Position numbers and translations under genes: made by a program. This document shows positions 28,155 through 35,964 of a stretch of DNA of 38,236 nucleotides, in pieces. Origin of the DNA: a virus (taxonomy: Duplodnaviria > Caudoviricetes); IMG/VR virus record IMGVR_UViG_3300043435_000309, positions 1 to 38,236 of that record; one strand, 5' to 3'. How positions within the stretch are numbered: position 1 is the first letter of the stretch; each line of letters begins with the position of its first letter. The notes beneath the pieces are model-generated. The model searched no databases. It had not been told where the DNA came from and saw only the letters and a list, made by a program, of their open reading frames with translations.

Positions 28155-28309
28155 TGAAAGAGATAGTTCTTACAACACTAGTAGGAATTGGTGTGGGAGG
28201 GATATTTAGTCTATTTAGGCTGCCTATCCCTGCTCCTCCAGTATTCTCTGGCCTCATGGGCATATTTGGCCTATGGTTAGGTTATGGACTCGTTCAAAGG
28301 ATTATGTGA
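28154..28309 (+). CDS. XapX/DUF1427-like small membrane protein, 51 aa (not in ORF track)
   Basis: Hand translation MKEIVLTTLVGIGVGGIFSLFRLPIPAPPVFSGLMGIFGLWLGYGLVQRIM: two hydrophobic helices joined by the LPIPAPP signature. TAATG and TGATG coupling. Confidence 0.8.
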   Translation: MKEIVLTTLVGIGVGGIFSLFRLPIPAPPVFSGLMGIFGLWLGYGLVQRIM

Positions 28310-28413
28310 TGTTAATATTTTGTTATGGAGTAATGCTAGGATTTGCAGTAGGCTACGGAGTTGGCCTTTTAATGGATAAATGGGATAAGAAGATTAAAAA
28401 TGACAGAGGATAA
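28309..28413 (+). CDS. 34-aa single-pass membrane peptide (not in ORF track)
   Basis: Hand translation MLIFCYGVMLGFAVGYGVGLLMDKWDKKIKNDRG: GxxxG-rich TM helix plus charged tail. Confidence 0.65.
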   Translation: MLIFCYGVMLGFAVGYGVGLLMDKWDKKIKNDRG

Positions 28414-28738
28414 AAATACACTAGAGTTAATTAACTCGATTACTGAGTTTAACGATCTTCATGAGTATATGAATGATGCTCAGCTAGACAGAGCTTTGGC
28501 TGTTATAGTTAAACTGTTATTGAATCCAGATGTTCCTGCTGCAAAAGCCCCACAACTTATTATTGAGCTTCAGGCTATGTCCACTAAGTTTGCTATGATG
28601 GCATCTTATTATTCAACAATAGCAAAAGATAAAGCTGGAACAACAAATAATAACAAGAAGAATATATATTATTCAGCAAAGGAGTCCATAGACAAACTTG
28701 TAGATGCACTTAAGTATGTCGTTAGGTATAACTTGTAA
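28400..28738 (+). CDS. Helical hypothetical protein in the recombination cluster
   Basis: 112 aa, TAATG-coupled to the exonuclease. Confidence 0.75.
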   Translation: MTEDKNTLELINSITEFNDLHEYMNDAQLDRALAVIVKLLLNPDVPAAKAPQLIIELQAMSTKFAMMASYYSTIAKDKAGTTNNNKKNIYYSAKESIDKLVDALKYVVRYNL

Positions 28739-29526
28739 TGGGTAGAAACATAGTAAAAAATTTAAAGTTCAAGAAGCACACTGGTAAGTTTTTTGACCCA
28801 GAGCTTTTTGCATCAATGCTTGATGAGTCATATAAAAATACTAAAAGAGCAGACGGAGAGATGACTAAAAAATCTTTTAGTCCAAGTTCTTTGGGTTATG
28901 GTCATGGAACATGCCCAAGGTATTGGTATATGGCTTTTTCAGGAGCTGTCTTTATTGATAATAACGATGCGGTTGCAGTTGCAAATATGGCTCAAGGAAC
29001 TCAGGCCCATGAAAGACTTCAGAACTTGATTAAAACTATGCCACAATGGAAAGCTGAAGAAGAAGAGATTGTAAACGAGTATCCTCCAATTAGAGGTTTT
29101 ATTGACCTTATCATGGAGTATGATGGCGAGACAGTAATCGGTGAAATTAAAACGGCTAAGCAAGAAGTGTGGGATACAAGACAGGCTGAAATGAGCCCAT
29201 CTGCAAACCACCTACTTCAGCTACTGACTTACATGAAGTTGAAAGATGCAAAAGAAGGTTTCTTTCTTTATGAAAACAAGAACACTCAAGAGATATTGAT
29301 TATTCCAGTATCAATGAATGAGAGAAACAAAAAGATTATTGAGGATACGTTCCTGTGGATGAGGGAAGTCTGGGATAACTTTAAGGACGGTGACTTGCCA
29401 ATGAAGCCAGAAGGCGCAACAAAAACTAAGATGCCTTGCACGTACTGCCCTATTAAAAAAGAGTGTTATTCGAAGGATACTCCTGTTGGAACGGTGCAAA
29501 TAGAAAGATTTAAGGTTCCTTCATAA
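28738..29526 (+). CDS. Cas4/RecB-like PD-(D/E)XK exonuclease with four-Cys (Fe-S) staple
   Basis: CPR..Y, GT..H, RGFIDL, EIKT, QLLTY and C-terminal CTYC.....C. Confidence 0.88.
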   Translation: MGRNIVKNLKFKKHTGKFFDPELFASMLDESYKNTKRADGEMTKKSFSPSSLGYGHGTCPRYWYMAFSGAVFIDNNDAVAVANMAQGTQAHERLQNLIKTMPQWKAEEEEIVNEYPPIRGFIDLIMEYDGETVIGEIKTAKQEVWDTRQAEMSPSANHLLQLLTYMKLKDAKEGFFLYENKNTQEILIIPVSMNERNKKIIEDTFLWMREVWDNFKDGDLPMKPEGATKTKMPCTYCPIKKECYSKDTPVGTVQIERFKVPS

Positions 29527-29819
29527 TGATATGCGCCAATAAAGATTGTATGAATGGTAAAGAGTTTACTCCAAAAACACATAATCAAAAATATTGCTCA
29601 GATGATTGTTGTAGAGTTGCAACAAATAAAAAGATCATGGAGAAGTATTATGAGAAAAAAGCAATTAGATCTGGTCAAAAAAGATACTGCAAATCATGCA
29701 AGTCGTCTTTAAGTAGGTATAATACTTTAGACATATGCTCTAAATGTGAAAAAGATAACTCAAAATCTGATAGAAATAAGATATTAAGGATGCTAAATGA
29801 CTCTGGCGAAATTATCTAG
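29526..29819 (+). CDS. Cys-rich zinc-finger protein
   Basis: CANKDC...F.P....QKYCSDDC...CKSC...CSKC. Confidence 0.75.
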   Translation: MICANKDCMNGKEFTPKTHNQKYCSDDCCRVATNKKIMEKYYEKKAIRSGQKRYCKSCKSSLSRYNTLDICSKCEKDNSKSDRNKILRMLNDSGEII

Positions 29820-30363
29820 GACAAATGCAAGCAGAGTTCTTGGCATAGATGCATCAACATCATCAGTTGCATTCTGTTTAATTGAAGGAAACACTCCAAT
29901 CAAATGGGGTAAGATTAATTTAGTAGGCAATGACATATATGAAAAAATATATAATGCTAAGACTAGAGTTTCTATGATGCTTGATGAATTAAAAAGTGAT
30001 TATATTGCCGTAGAAGGTGCTATACTTGTCAGATCACCAGATGCTGTGATAAAATTATCCTATGTTTATGGTGTTGTTATTGCTGAACTTATGTCTACGG
30101 GTGCTTCAGTTATTACTATATCTCCAAGCTCTTGGCAAGCGTATATTGGGAACAAGAATCCTACTAAAGAAGAAAAGGCAGCGATACGCTTAGCCAATCC
30201 AGGGTACGCAGACTCTTGGTATAAGAACCAACTACGAAACATGCGTAAGCAAAGAACAGCAGATTATTTTAATAAAAAACATGGATTGAAAATAGAAGAT
30301 TTTGATGTAGCTGATGCATTCGGCATAGCTTATTACGCTAGAGAGGTTCTAACAAATAAATGA
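29797..30363 (+). CDS. ruvC: RuvC-like Holliday junction resolvase
   Basis: VLGID, IAVE and terminal DVADAFGIA catalytic acidic residues, RNase H fold pattern. Confidence 0.85.
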   Translation: MTLAKLSRTNASRVLGIDASTSSVAFCLIEGNTPIKWGKINLVGNDIYEKIYNAKTRVSMMLDELKSDYIAVEGAILVRSPDAVIKLSYVYGVVIAELMSTGASVITISPSSWQAYIGNKNPTKEEKAAIRLANPGYADSWYKNQLRNMRKQRTADYFNKKHGLKIEDFDVADAFGIAYYAREVLTNK

Positions 30364-30950
30364 CACAAATATGGAATGAGATAAGCGCACAAGAAGAGTT
30401 TGTTTTAGAGCTGCTTGAAAATAAAAAGGGCGGATATTATGTTGAGTTGGGAGCCTTTCATTCAAAAAATGGAAGCAATACCCATAAGCTAGAAAATGAA
30501 TTTGGATGGAAAGGGGTTTCGTTTGAAATAAGAGAAGAGTTTAGAAAAGAGTTTATTGAAAATAGGTCTAATCCATGTATGGGAGATGCCCTTGATTTTA
30601 ATTATATCTCGTACTTTGAAGAAAATTCATTTCCAAAACAAATAGACTATCTACAGATAGATATTGATTCTGGATACAATCTAGATGGAAGACCAAATGG
30701 AAGCGCATACACAAGCCTTCATGGACTACTTGCCGTACCCCTTAACTCTTACAGGTTTACTGTTATAACTTTTGAGCACGATGCCAATATGTACTGGAGA
30801 AATATTGCAATGAGAGATGTTCAAAGAGAAATATTTGATTCATTGGGGTACTCACTTGTTGTTAGAACAGAGTCAGAAGATTGGTGGGTAGACCCAAATG
30901 TTATCGATCTAGAGTCATACAGAAAGCATTTTAGGTGGGACCATCTGTGA
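30360..30950 (+). CDS. FkbM-like (Methyltransf_21) SAM-dependent methyltransferase
   Basis: GYYVELGA.....SNT..LE..FGWKGVSFE...IDYLQIDID...F.VITFEHD...EDWWV. Confidence 0.78.
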   Translation: MTQIWNEISAQEEFVLELLENKKGGYYVELGAFHSKNGSNTHKLENEFGWKGVSFEIREEFRKEFIENRSNPCMGDALDFNYISYFEENSFPKQIDYLQIDIDSGYNLDGRPNGSAYTSLHGLLAVPLNSYRFTVITFEHDANMYWRNIAMRDVQREIFDSLGYSLVVRTESEDWWVDPNVIDLESYRKHFRWDHL

Positions 30951-31087
30951 AATTGTACAAAAATAAAGAATGGCTGTACAGGAGATATGTTGTCCAAAAA
31001 AAGACTATGGAGAATATAGCACAAGAATGTGGTGTAACAGTTATGACCATATATAGAGCTTTAAAAGAAAAGGGGCTAATAAAATGA
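30947..31087 (+). CDS. 46-aa HTH DNA-binding protein (not in ORF track)
   Basis: Hand translation MKLYKNKEWLYRRYVVQKKTMENIAQECGVTVMTIYRALKEKGLIK with an IAxECGVxxxTIxxxL HTH. GTGA and ATGA overlaps on both sides. Confidence 0.82.
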   Translation: MKLYKNKEWLYRRYVVQKKTMENIAQECGVTVMTIYRALKEKGLIK

Positions 31088-31425
31088 CACCAAAGCCAGT
31101 TTTTGCAGATTCAAAAGAATTTAAGTATGACGATCTTTACTTGCTTACAGTTGGAACGGAAGCTGGAAAAGAAATCCTAAGCACCTGCCTTGATATTGCT
31201 CATATGCTTATAAAGAAAAATATTTCATATGGTAACTCTGCGCTTGACCCAGTTCGTATATTTTCTAAGGCGGGACCAAGAGAGCAGCTATATGTCCGAA
31301 TTGATGATAAATTAAATAGGTTAATTAAGGGTGAAGAATACCCAGGAGATAATGATATTGATGACCTTATTGGGTATTTAATCCTATTAAAGGTTGCCAA
31401 GGAATTTGCTATTTCAGTCGACTAG
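31084..31425 (+). CDS. DUF1599 / nucleotide-modification-associated domain 1 (Nmad1)-like protein
   Basis: KKNISYGNS...VRIDDKLNRL...D.IDDLIGYLIL signature. Confidence 0.72.
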   Translation: MTPKPVFADSKEFKYDDLYLLTVGTEAGKEILSTCLDIAHMLIKKNISYGNSALDPVRIFSKAGPREQLYVRIDDKLNRLIKGEEYPGDNDIDDLIGYLILLKVAKEFAISVD

Positions 31426-31434
31426 AAGTATAAT
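31406..31434 (+). promoter_or_regulatory. Promoter for the terminase genes
   Basis: TTGCTA at 31406-31411, 17-nt spacer, TATAAT at 31429-31434. ATG at 31443 with no SD. Confidence 0.65.
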
Positions 31435-31442
31435 AAAGTAAT

Positions 31443-31979
31443 ATGGAAATTGAGCTAGCTGATCATTTTGATCGCATGAATAAGGTAGTCGAAGAGCTAC
31501 TTAGGGGAAACAGCCCCACACAAATTGCTACCCTGACTGGCCTTAAGAGGGCAGAAGTCATTGAGTTGATAGATGAGTGGAAGAGTGTTGTACACAACGA
31601 CACATCGGCCCGTGAACGTGCTAAAGAGGCTATCTCTGGGGCTGATCAACACTATGCAATGCTAATAAAGGAAGCATGGAAAACAGTTGAAGATGCAGAT
31701 CAAGCGGGTCAACTTAGCGTTAAGTCTGGTGCTCTCAAGTTAATTGCTGATATAGAAGGCAAAAGAATTGGCATGCTTCAGGAAGTTGGTCTACTAGATA
31801 ACGCTGAAATGGCAGGACAAATAGCAGAGGCGGAAAGAAAGCAAGAAGTCTTAGTTAAGATTCTAAAAGAAGTAACTGCAACGTGCCCTAAGTGTAAAAT
31901 GGAAGTAGCCAAGCGCTTATCACAAATTACTGGAATTGTTGAACCAATAGAGATTATTGAGGAAGTCAGTGGAATTTAA
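31443..31979 (+). CDS. Probable terminase small subunit (N-terminal HTH)
   Basis: HTH pattern G.SPTQIATLTGLKRAEV, helical body with CPKC. Directly upstream of and overlapping the large subunit. Confidence 0.65.
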   Translation: MEIELADHFDRMNKVVEELLRGNSPTQIATLTGLKRAEVIELIDEWKSVVHNDTSARERAKEAISGADQHYAMLIKEAWKTVEDADQAGQLSVKSGALKLIADIEGKRIGMLQEVGLLDNAEMAGQIAEAERKQEVLVKILKEVTATCPKCKMEVAKRLSQITGIVEPIEIIEEVSGI

Positions 31980-33759
31980 TTTTGATGACCTCATCGATAT
32001 ACTTGACGGAGAAGAGTTTGAAGAAAGACCTGTCGATTTAAGAACGTTTGTAACTGATAAAAACTATTTGGGTCTTCCTGAGTTATCTGAAAATCAATAT
32101 ACTCTTATAGAGAAATCTTCTCAGATATATAAAGAGTCGACTTTGATTAAGCTGTTCGGAGAAAAAGAAGGATCATTAAGATATAAGCAAACATGCAATG
32201 AGGTTGTTGCTCAATTAGGTAAGGGTAGCGGAAAAGATTATTGCTCAACTATATCTGTTGCCTATATAGTATATTTACTATTATGCCTTAAGGACCCCGC
32301 ATCTTATTATGGCAAGCCTCCAGGTGACTCAATTGATATTATTAATATTGCTATTAACGCTCAGCAGGCAAACAATGTATTTTTTAAAGGCTTTAAAAAC
32401 AGAGTAACACATTCACCATGGTTTGTAGGTAAGTACTTTGAAAAAGCTTCAGAAATAAAATTTGATAAGAATGTTACTGTTTATTCTGGACACTCAGAAA
32501 GAGAAGCGTTTGAAGGGTATAACGTTCTTGTAGCCGTACTAGACGAGATCTCTGGCTTTGCATTAGATAGCACAAGCGGTCACGATCAGGCAAAAACTGC
32601 AAGTGGTATTTATGATATGTACAGGGCATCTGTAGATTCTCGTTTCCCAGATTACGGCAAGGTAATTCTCCTTTCTTTCCCACGATTTAAGAATGATTAT
32701 ATCCAGCAAAGATATGACGAAATCATTTCAGAAAAAGAAGTTATAGCAAGATCTCATAGATTTAAGTTGGATCCAGATCTTCCAGAGAATACAGTAGGCA
32801 ACGAGTTTGATATATTCTGGGATGAAGATCAAATTGTGTCTTACAAATATCCAAAGGTTTATGCGATACGTAGGCCTACCTGGGAAGTTAACCCAACCAG
32901 AAGTATTGAAGATTTTAAAATTGCATTCTATAGAGATGTAACAGATGCTCTAGGAAGATTTGCTTGCATGCCTCCAGAAGCAATTGATGCTTTCTTTAAA
33001 TCTCGTGAAAAGATTGAAATGGCATTCAACGATCTATCAATAGCCGTAGATGGATTTGGAAGATTTGAAGACTGGTTCTTGCCAGAAGATGATAAAGATT
33101 ATTACATACACGTTGACTTAGCTCAAAAACACGACCATTGTGCTGTATCTATGGCTCATATTGAAAAGTTCGTTAGCGTAAAGGTTACTGATACTTACTC
33201 TCAGCCAGCGCCAATTGTTAAGGTGGATGCTGTAATGTATTGGACACCTACTTCAGACAAGTCCGTAGACTTTGCGGAGGTTAGAGACTACATACTGTCT
33301 CTTAGATCTAGGGGATTTAATATTAGAATATGCACTTTTGATAGATGGAACTCTCACGATATGATGCAGCAGCTAAAACAATATGGAATAAACACTGAAA
33401 CGCTATCTGTTGCAAAAAAACATTATGATGATATGGCCATGGTTGTTTTAGAGGAAAGAGTAAAAGGCCCTCACATACCTTTACTTATAGATGAATTGCT
33501 TGAGTTAAGAATTATGCGGGACAAGGTTGATCACCCAAGAAAAGGATCAAAAGACTTGGCCGATGCTGTTTGCGGCTCAATATATAATGCAATTAGCTTA
33601 ACAAGAGAAGCGTTTGGTGACATTGAGGTGCATGATTATTCTTCCGTAAAAAAACAATATAGAGATAGCTTAAAGCAAGAAAGTCCAAATTTAATTAAGG
33701 CTCCGTCATCAATGCCTAAAGATCTTTCTGAAGCGCTGAGTGGAATGGAGATAGTATGA
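31969..33759 (+). CDS. terL: Terminase large subunit
   Basis: Walker A LGKGSGKD, Walker B VAVLDE, LLSFP; nuclease motifs IHVDLA, FDRWNS and KVDHP..GSKDLADA. GTG 31969 with SD GAGGA is preferred over TTG 31957. Confidence 0.92.
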   Translation: MEFNFDDLIDILDGEEFEERPVDLRTFVTDKNYLGLPELSENQYTLIEKSSQIYKESTLIKLFGEKEGSLRYKQTCNEVVAQLGKGSGKDYCSTISVAYIVYLLLCLKDPASYYGKPPGDSIDIINIAINAQQANNVFFKGFKNRVTHSPWFVGKYFEKASEIKFDKNVTVYSGHSEREAFEGYNVLVAVLDEISGFALDSTSGHDQAKTASGIYDMYRASVDSRFPDYGKVILLSFPRFKNDYIQQRYDEIISEKEVIARSHRFKLDPDLPENTVGNEFDIFWDEDQIVSYKYPKVYAIRRPTWEVNPTRSIEDFKIAFYRDVTDALGRFACMPPEAIDAFFKSREKIEMAFNDLSIAVDGFGRFEDWFLPEDDKDYYIHVDLAQKHDHCAVSMAHIEKFVSVKVTDTYSQPAPIVKVDAVMYWTPTSDKSVDFAEVRDYILSLRSRGFNIRICTFDRWNSHDMMQQLKQYGINTETLSVAKKHYDDMAMVVLEERVKGPHIPLLIDELLELRIMRDKVDHPRKGSKDLADAVCGSIYNAISLTREAFGDIEVHDYSSVKKQYRDSLKQESPNLIKAPSSMPKDLSEALSGMEIV

Positions 33760-34004
33760 GTATATACCAAGAAAAAGCTAAAGAGTGTAAGTGTTGCAGT
33801 AAACATGTGCCTCTTCCAACAAGGCTAAAAGAATATGATGGAGTTCTAGTTTGCCCAACGACATTTGACAACATCCATGAGTACAAAAGAGTATGGTCTG
33901 ACATTGGTCACAGGCCACCAGGAAGTATTAGAAAGCATTTTTCAGAATATGTTCAGCAAATAGTTGAGCAATCTATTGACAAAACTGATAATAAAATACT
34001 ATAA
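33756..34004 (+). CDS. Small Cys-containing hypothetical protein
   Basis: 82 aa, CKCC...VCP, ATGA overlap, GGAG SD. Confidence 0.72.
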   Translation: MSIYQEKAKECKCCSKHVPLPTRLKEYDGVLVCPTTFDNIHEYKRVWSDIGHRPPGSIRKHFSEYVQQIVEQSIDKTDNKIL

Positions 34005-34005
34005 T
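33976..34005 (+). promoter_or_regulatory. Consensus sigma-A/70 promoter driving the tRNA(CAT) operon
   Basis: TTGACA at 33976-33981, 18-nt spacer, TATAAT at 34000-34005. The tRNA starts at 34014. Confidence 0.8.
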
Positions 34006-34013
34006 TCAACTAG

Positions 34014-34087
34014 GCAACAATAGCTTAGTTGGTTAAAGCCCCGAACTCATAATTCGGTAATCGTAGGTTCAAGTCCTACTTGTTGCA
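34014..34087 (+). tRNA. tRNA with CAT anticodon (elongator Met; Ile2 not excluded)
   Basis: Acceptor GCAACAA/TTGTTGC, D arm GCTT/AAGC, anticodon arm CCGAA-CTCATAA-TTCGG, T arm GTAGG-TTCAAGT-CCTAC. No encoded CCA and no initiator features. Confidence 0.93.
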
Positions 34088-34098
34088 CAGGAGGAAAA

Positions 34099-34449
34099 AT
34101 GTTTGAAGATTATGATGACGAAGAAGATATAATGCTTAAAATTCAGCACTATATCGATATTGGTGCAATTAAAATTGCTGGATTTACAGAGGACGGCGAA
34201 GCAATATTTGAATTAAATGAAACTGTTACTTCAGAGCTAGCACCAGATTTGTGGAAGGCTCATGAAGAGTACGTAGAGTCTGAGCTAATAGATCTTGTTA
34301 ATAGCGAACTGATGCAAGTTGAGTATGATGAAAATCTTCGGGCCACGTATAATTTTACAGAAGAAGGATATCGTATAGCTTTAAGCAAGGGTATCATTCC
34401 AATAGAAGACATAGAGGAGTTTGGAGATATAGACTTCCGTGAACATTAA
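34099..34449 (+). CDS. Highly acidic hypothetical protein
   Basis: 116 aa, D/E-rich, with SD AGGAGG immediately after the tRNA. Confidence 0.8.
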   Translation: MFEDYDDEEDIMLKIQHYIDIGAIKIAGFTEDGEAIFELNETVTSELAPDLWKAHEEYVESELIDLVNSELMQVEYDENLRATYNFTEEGYRIALSKGIIPIEDIEEFGDIDFREH

Positions 34450-34534
34450 AATTCAATACTACATATATATTATTTTTAAAAAGATTAAATCTTTATTTAT
34501 AAAAAATAAAAATAAGGATAAGTTTATATACTAA
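34439..34534 (+). CDS. 31-aa basic amphipathic peptide ending DKFIY (not in ORF track)
   Basis: Hand translation MNIKIQYYIYIIFKKIKSLFIKNKNKDKFIY. GTG start with GGAG upstream. The frame stays open through very AT-rich DNA and ends in TAATG coupling with the carbamoyltransferase. Confidence 0.62.
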   Translation: MNIKIQYYIYIIFKKIKSLFIKNKNKDKFIY

Positions 34535-35964
34535 TGATCATACTCGGTATCAATGAAACATCTCACGACGCATCCATATCTTTATTAAAAGACGGTGAGA
34601 TACTATTTGCTGCACATTCAGAGCGATATAGTAAAGAAAAAAACGATTGGTACAACAATAAAAACATATACATTGATATGCTTAACTATGGTACTCCAAC
34701 ACATATAGCGTACTACGAAAGGCCACAGCTTAAAAGATCTAGAATATTTTTAAGGGGAGGAAGTTCAGACTGGAAACCAAATATTCCAATGGATCTTTCA
34801 GTAAAATATTTTAGCCATCACTACTCTCACGCATGTGCTGGATACTATACAAGCAAGTTTAATGATGCAGTAATTGTAGTTCTTGACTCTATTGGTGAAT
34901 ACAATACTTCCACAATTTGGGTTGGTCAAGGAGAAAAGATTAAATTAAAATATAAGCAAAACTACCCAGTATCATTTGGATTGTTCTATTCTGCATTTAC
35001 GCAATTAATAGGGTTAATGCCAAACCAAGAAGAATACATTATGATGGGTATGGCGGGGTATGGTGATTGGACAAAGTATTATAAAAAGGTTGATGAATAC
35101 TTTCCATCTTATGATAAACAAAAATATAATTTTCATAAAGGTATAACTGATTGGGGCTGGGTAAAATCAGAACAGGACAGATTTGATATTGCAGCTGCAG
35201 TACAAATGGTTTATCAACAAAGACTAAACGAATTTATGCGTATGGCTCATTCACTAACGGGTAAAAGTAATCTTGTCTTTATGGGTGGTTGTGCTCTAAA
35301 CTCTTCAGCCAACCCGCTGCTTTGGAAAATATTTAACGATGTTTGGATTATGCCAAACCCTGGTGACGCAGGGTCATCTCTTGGAGCAGCAGCAGCTCTG
35401 TACGGTAAGCACATTGACTGGAATAGCCCATACCTTGGTCATGATTTAGGTGGGGATTACCCAGTTCAAGAAATTGTGGACGGGATATTAAAAGACGGTA
35501 TAGTAGCAGTAGCATCAGGAAGAGCAGAATATGGTCCAAGAGCATTAGGTAATAGAAGTATATTGGCAGACCCAAGAGATCCAAGCATAAAAGATAAGGT
35601 TAATCTAATTAAACAAAGAGAGTTGTTTAGGCCATTTGCTCCTGTAATAATGGCTGAGCATGCCTCTAAATGGTTTGATATGGATTTTGAAAGCCCATAC
35701 ATGCAATACACTGTAAAGTGTATAAAGCCAGAAAAAATTCCTTCTGTAGTACATATTGATGGAACATCAAGAGTACAAACTGTTACTAAAGATCAGCACC
35801 CTGGATTGTATAGAGTTTTAAATAAATTTTATTTGCAAACTGGAGTTCCTTTATTGTTAAACACAAGTTTAAACATTAAAGGCCAGCCCTTACTAAACGA
35901 TCAAAATGATATAATAAATTGGGAAAATAATTATGGTAAAAAGATTATTAGGGGGCAGAAATGA
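34534..35964 (+). CDS. NodU/CmcH/TobZ-family O-carbamoyltransferase
   Basis: Kae1-like N-terminal domain (HDAS, ERY...K, HHYSHA, VLDSIGE, MGMAGYG, GGCALN, PGDAG) and YrdC-like C-terminal domain (GRAEYGPRALGNRSILADP, K.RE.FRPFAP, HIDGTSRVQTV, LNTSLN). Confidence 0.95.
   Translation: MIILGINETSHDASISLLKDGEILFAAHSERYSKEKNDWYNNKNIYIDMLNYGTPTHIAYYERPQLKRSRIFLRGGSSDWKPNIPMDLSVKYFSHHYSHACAGYYTSKFNDAVIVVLDSIGEYNTSTIWVGQGEKIKLKYKQNYPVSFGLFYSAFTQLIGLMPNQEEYIMMGMAGYGDWTKYYKKVDEYFPSYDKQKYNFHKGITDWGWVKSEQDRFDIAAAVQMVYQQRLNEFMRMAHSLTGKSNLVFMGGCALNSSANPLLWKIFNDVWIMPNPGDAGSSLGAAAALYGKHIDWNSPYLGHDLGGDYPVQEIVDGILKDGIVAVASGRAEYGPRALGNRSILADPRDPSIKDKVNLIKQRELFRPFAPVIMAEHASKWFDMDFESPYMQYTVKCIKPEKIPSVVHIDGTSRVQTVTKDQHPGLYRVLNKFYLQTGVPLLLNTSLNIKGQPLLNDQNDIINWENNYGKKIIRGQK

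Noticed and set aside
28154-28413. Small membrane ORFs as a holin/lysis cassette
   Set aside because: No endolysin lies nearby, the context is a recombination operon, and the first ORF fits the XapX/DUF1427 pattern better.
28738-29526. Cas4-like gene as evidence of a CRISPR-Cas system
   Set aside because: No repeat-spacer array or other cas genes were seen. Solo Cas4-like exonucleases are common in phage recombination modules.
19203-33759. Inteins or introns in dnaB, dnaE, recA and terL
   Set aside because: Protein lengths are normal, motifs are contiguous, and no splice-junction or homing-endonuclease motifs were seen.
34450-34533. Very AT-rich stretch as a replication origin or non-coding spacer
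   Set aside because: It is better explained as the coding sequence of the Lys/Ile/Tyr-rich 31-aa peptide, and no iterons are visible.
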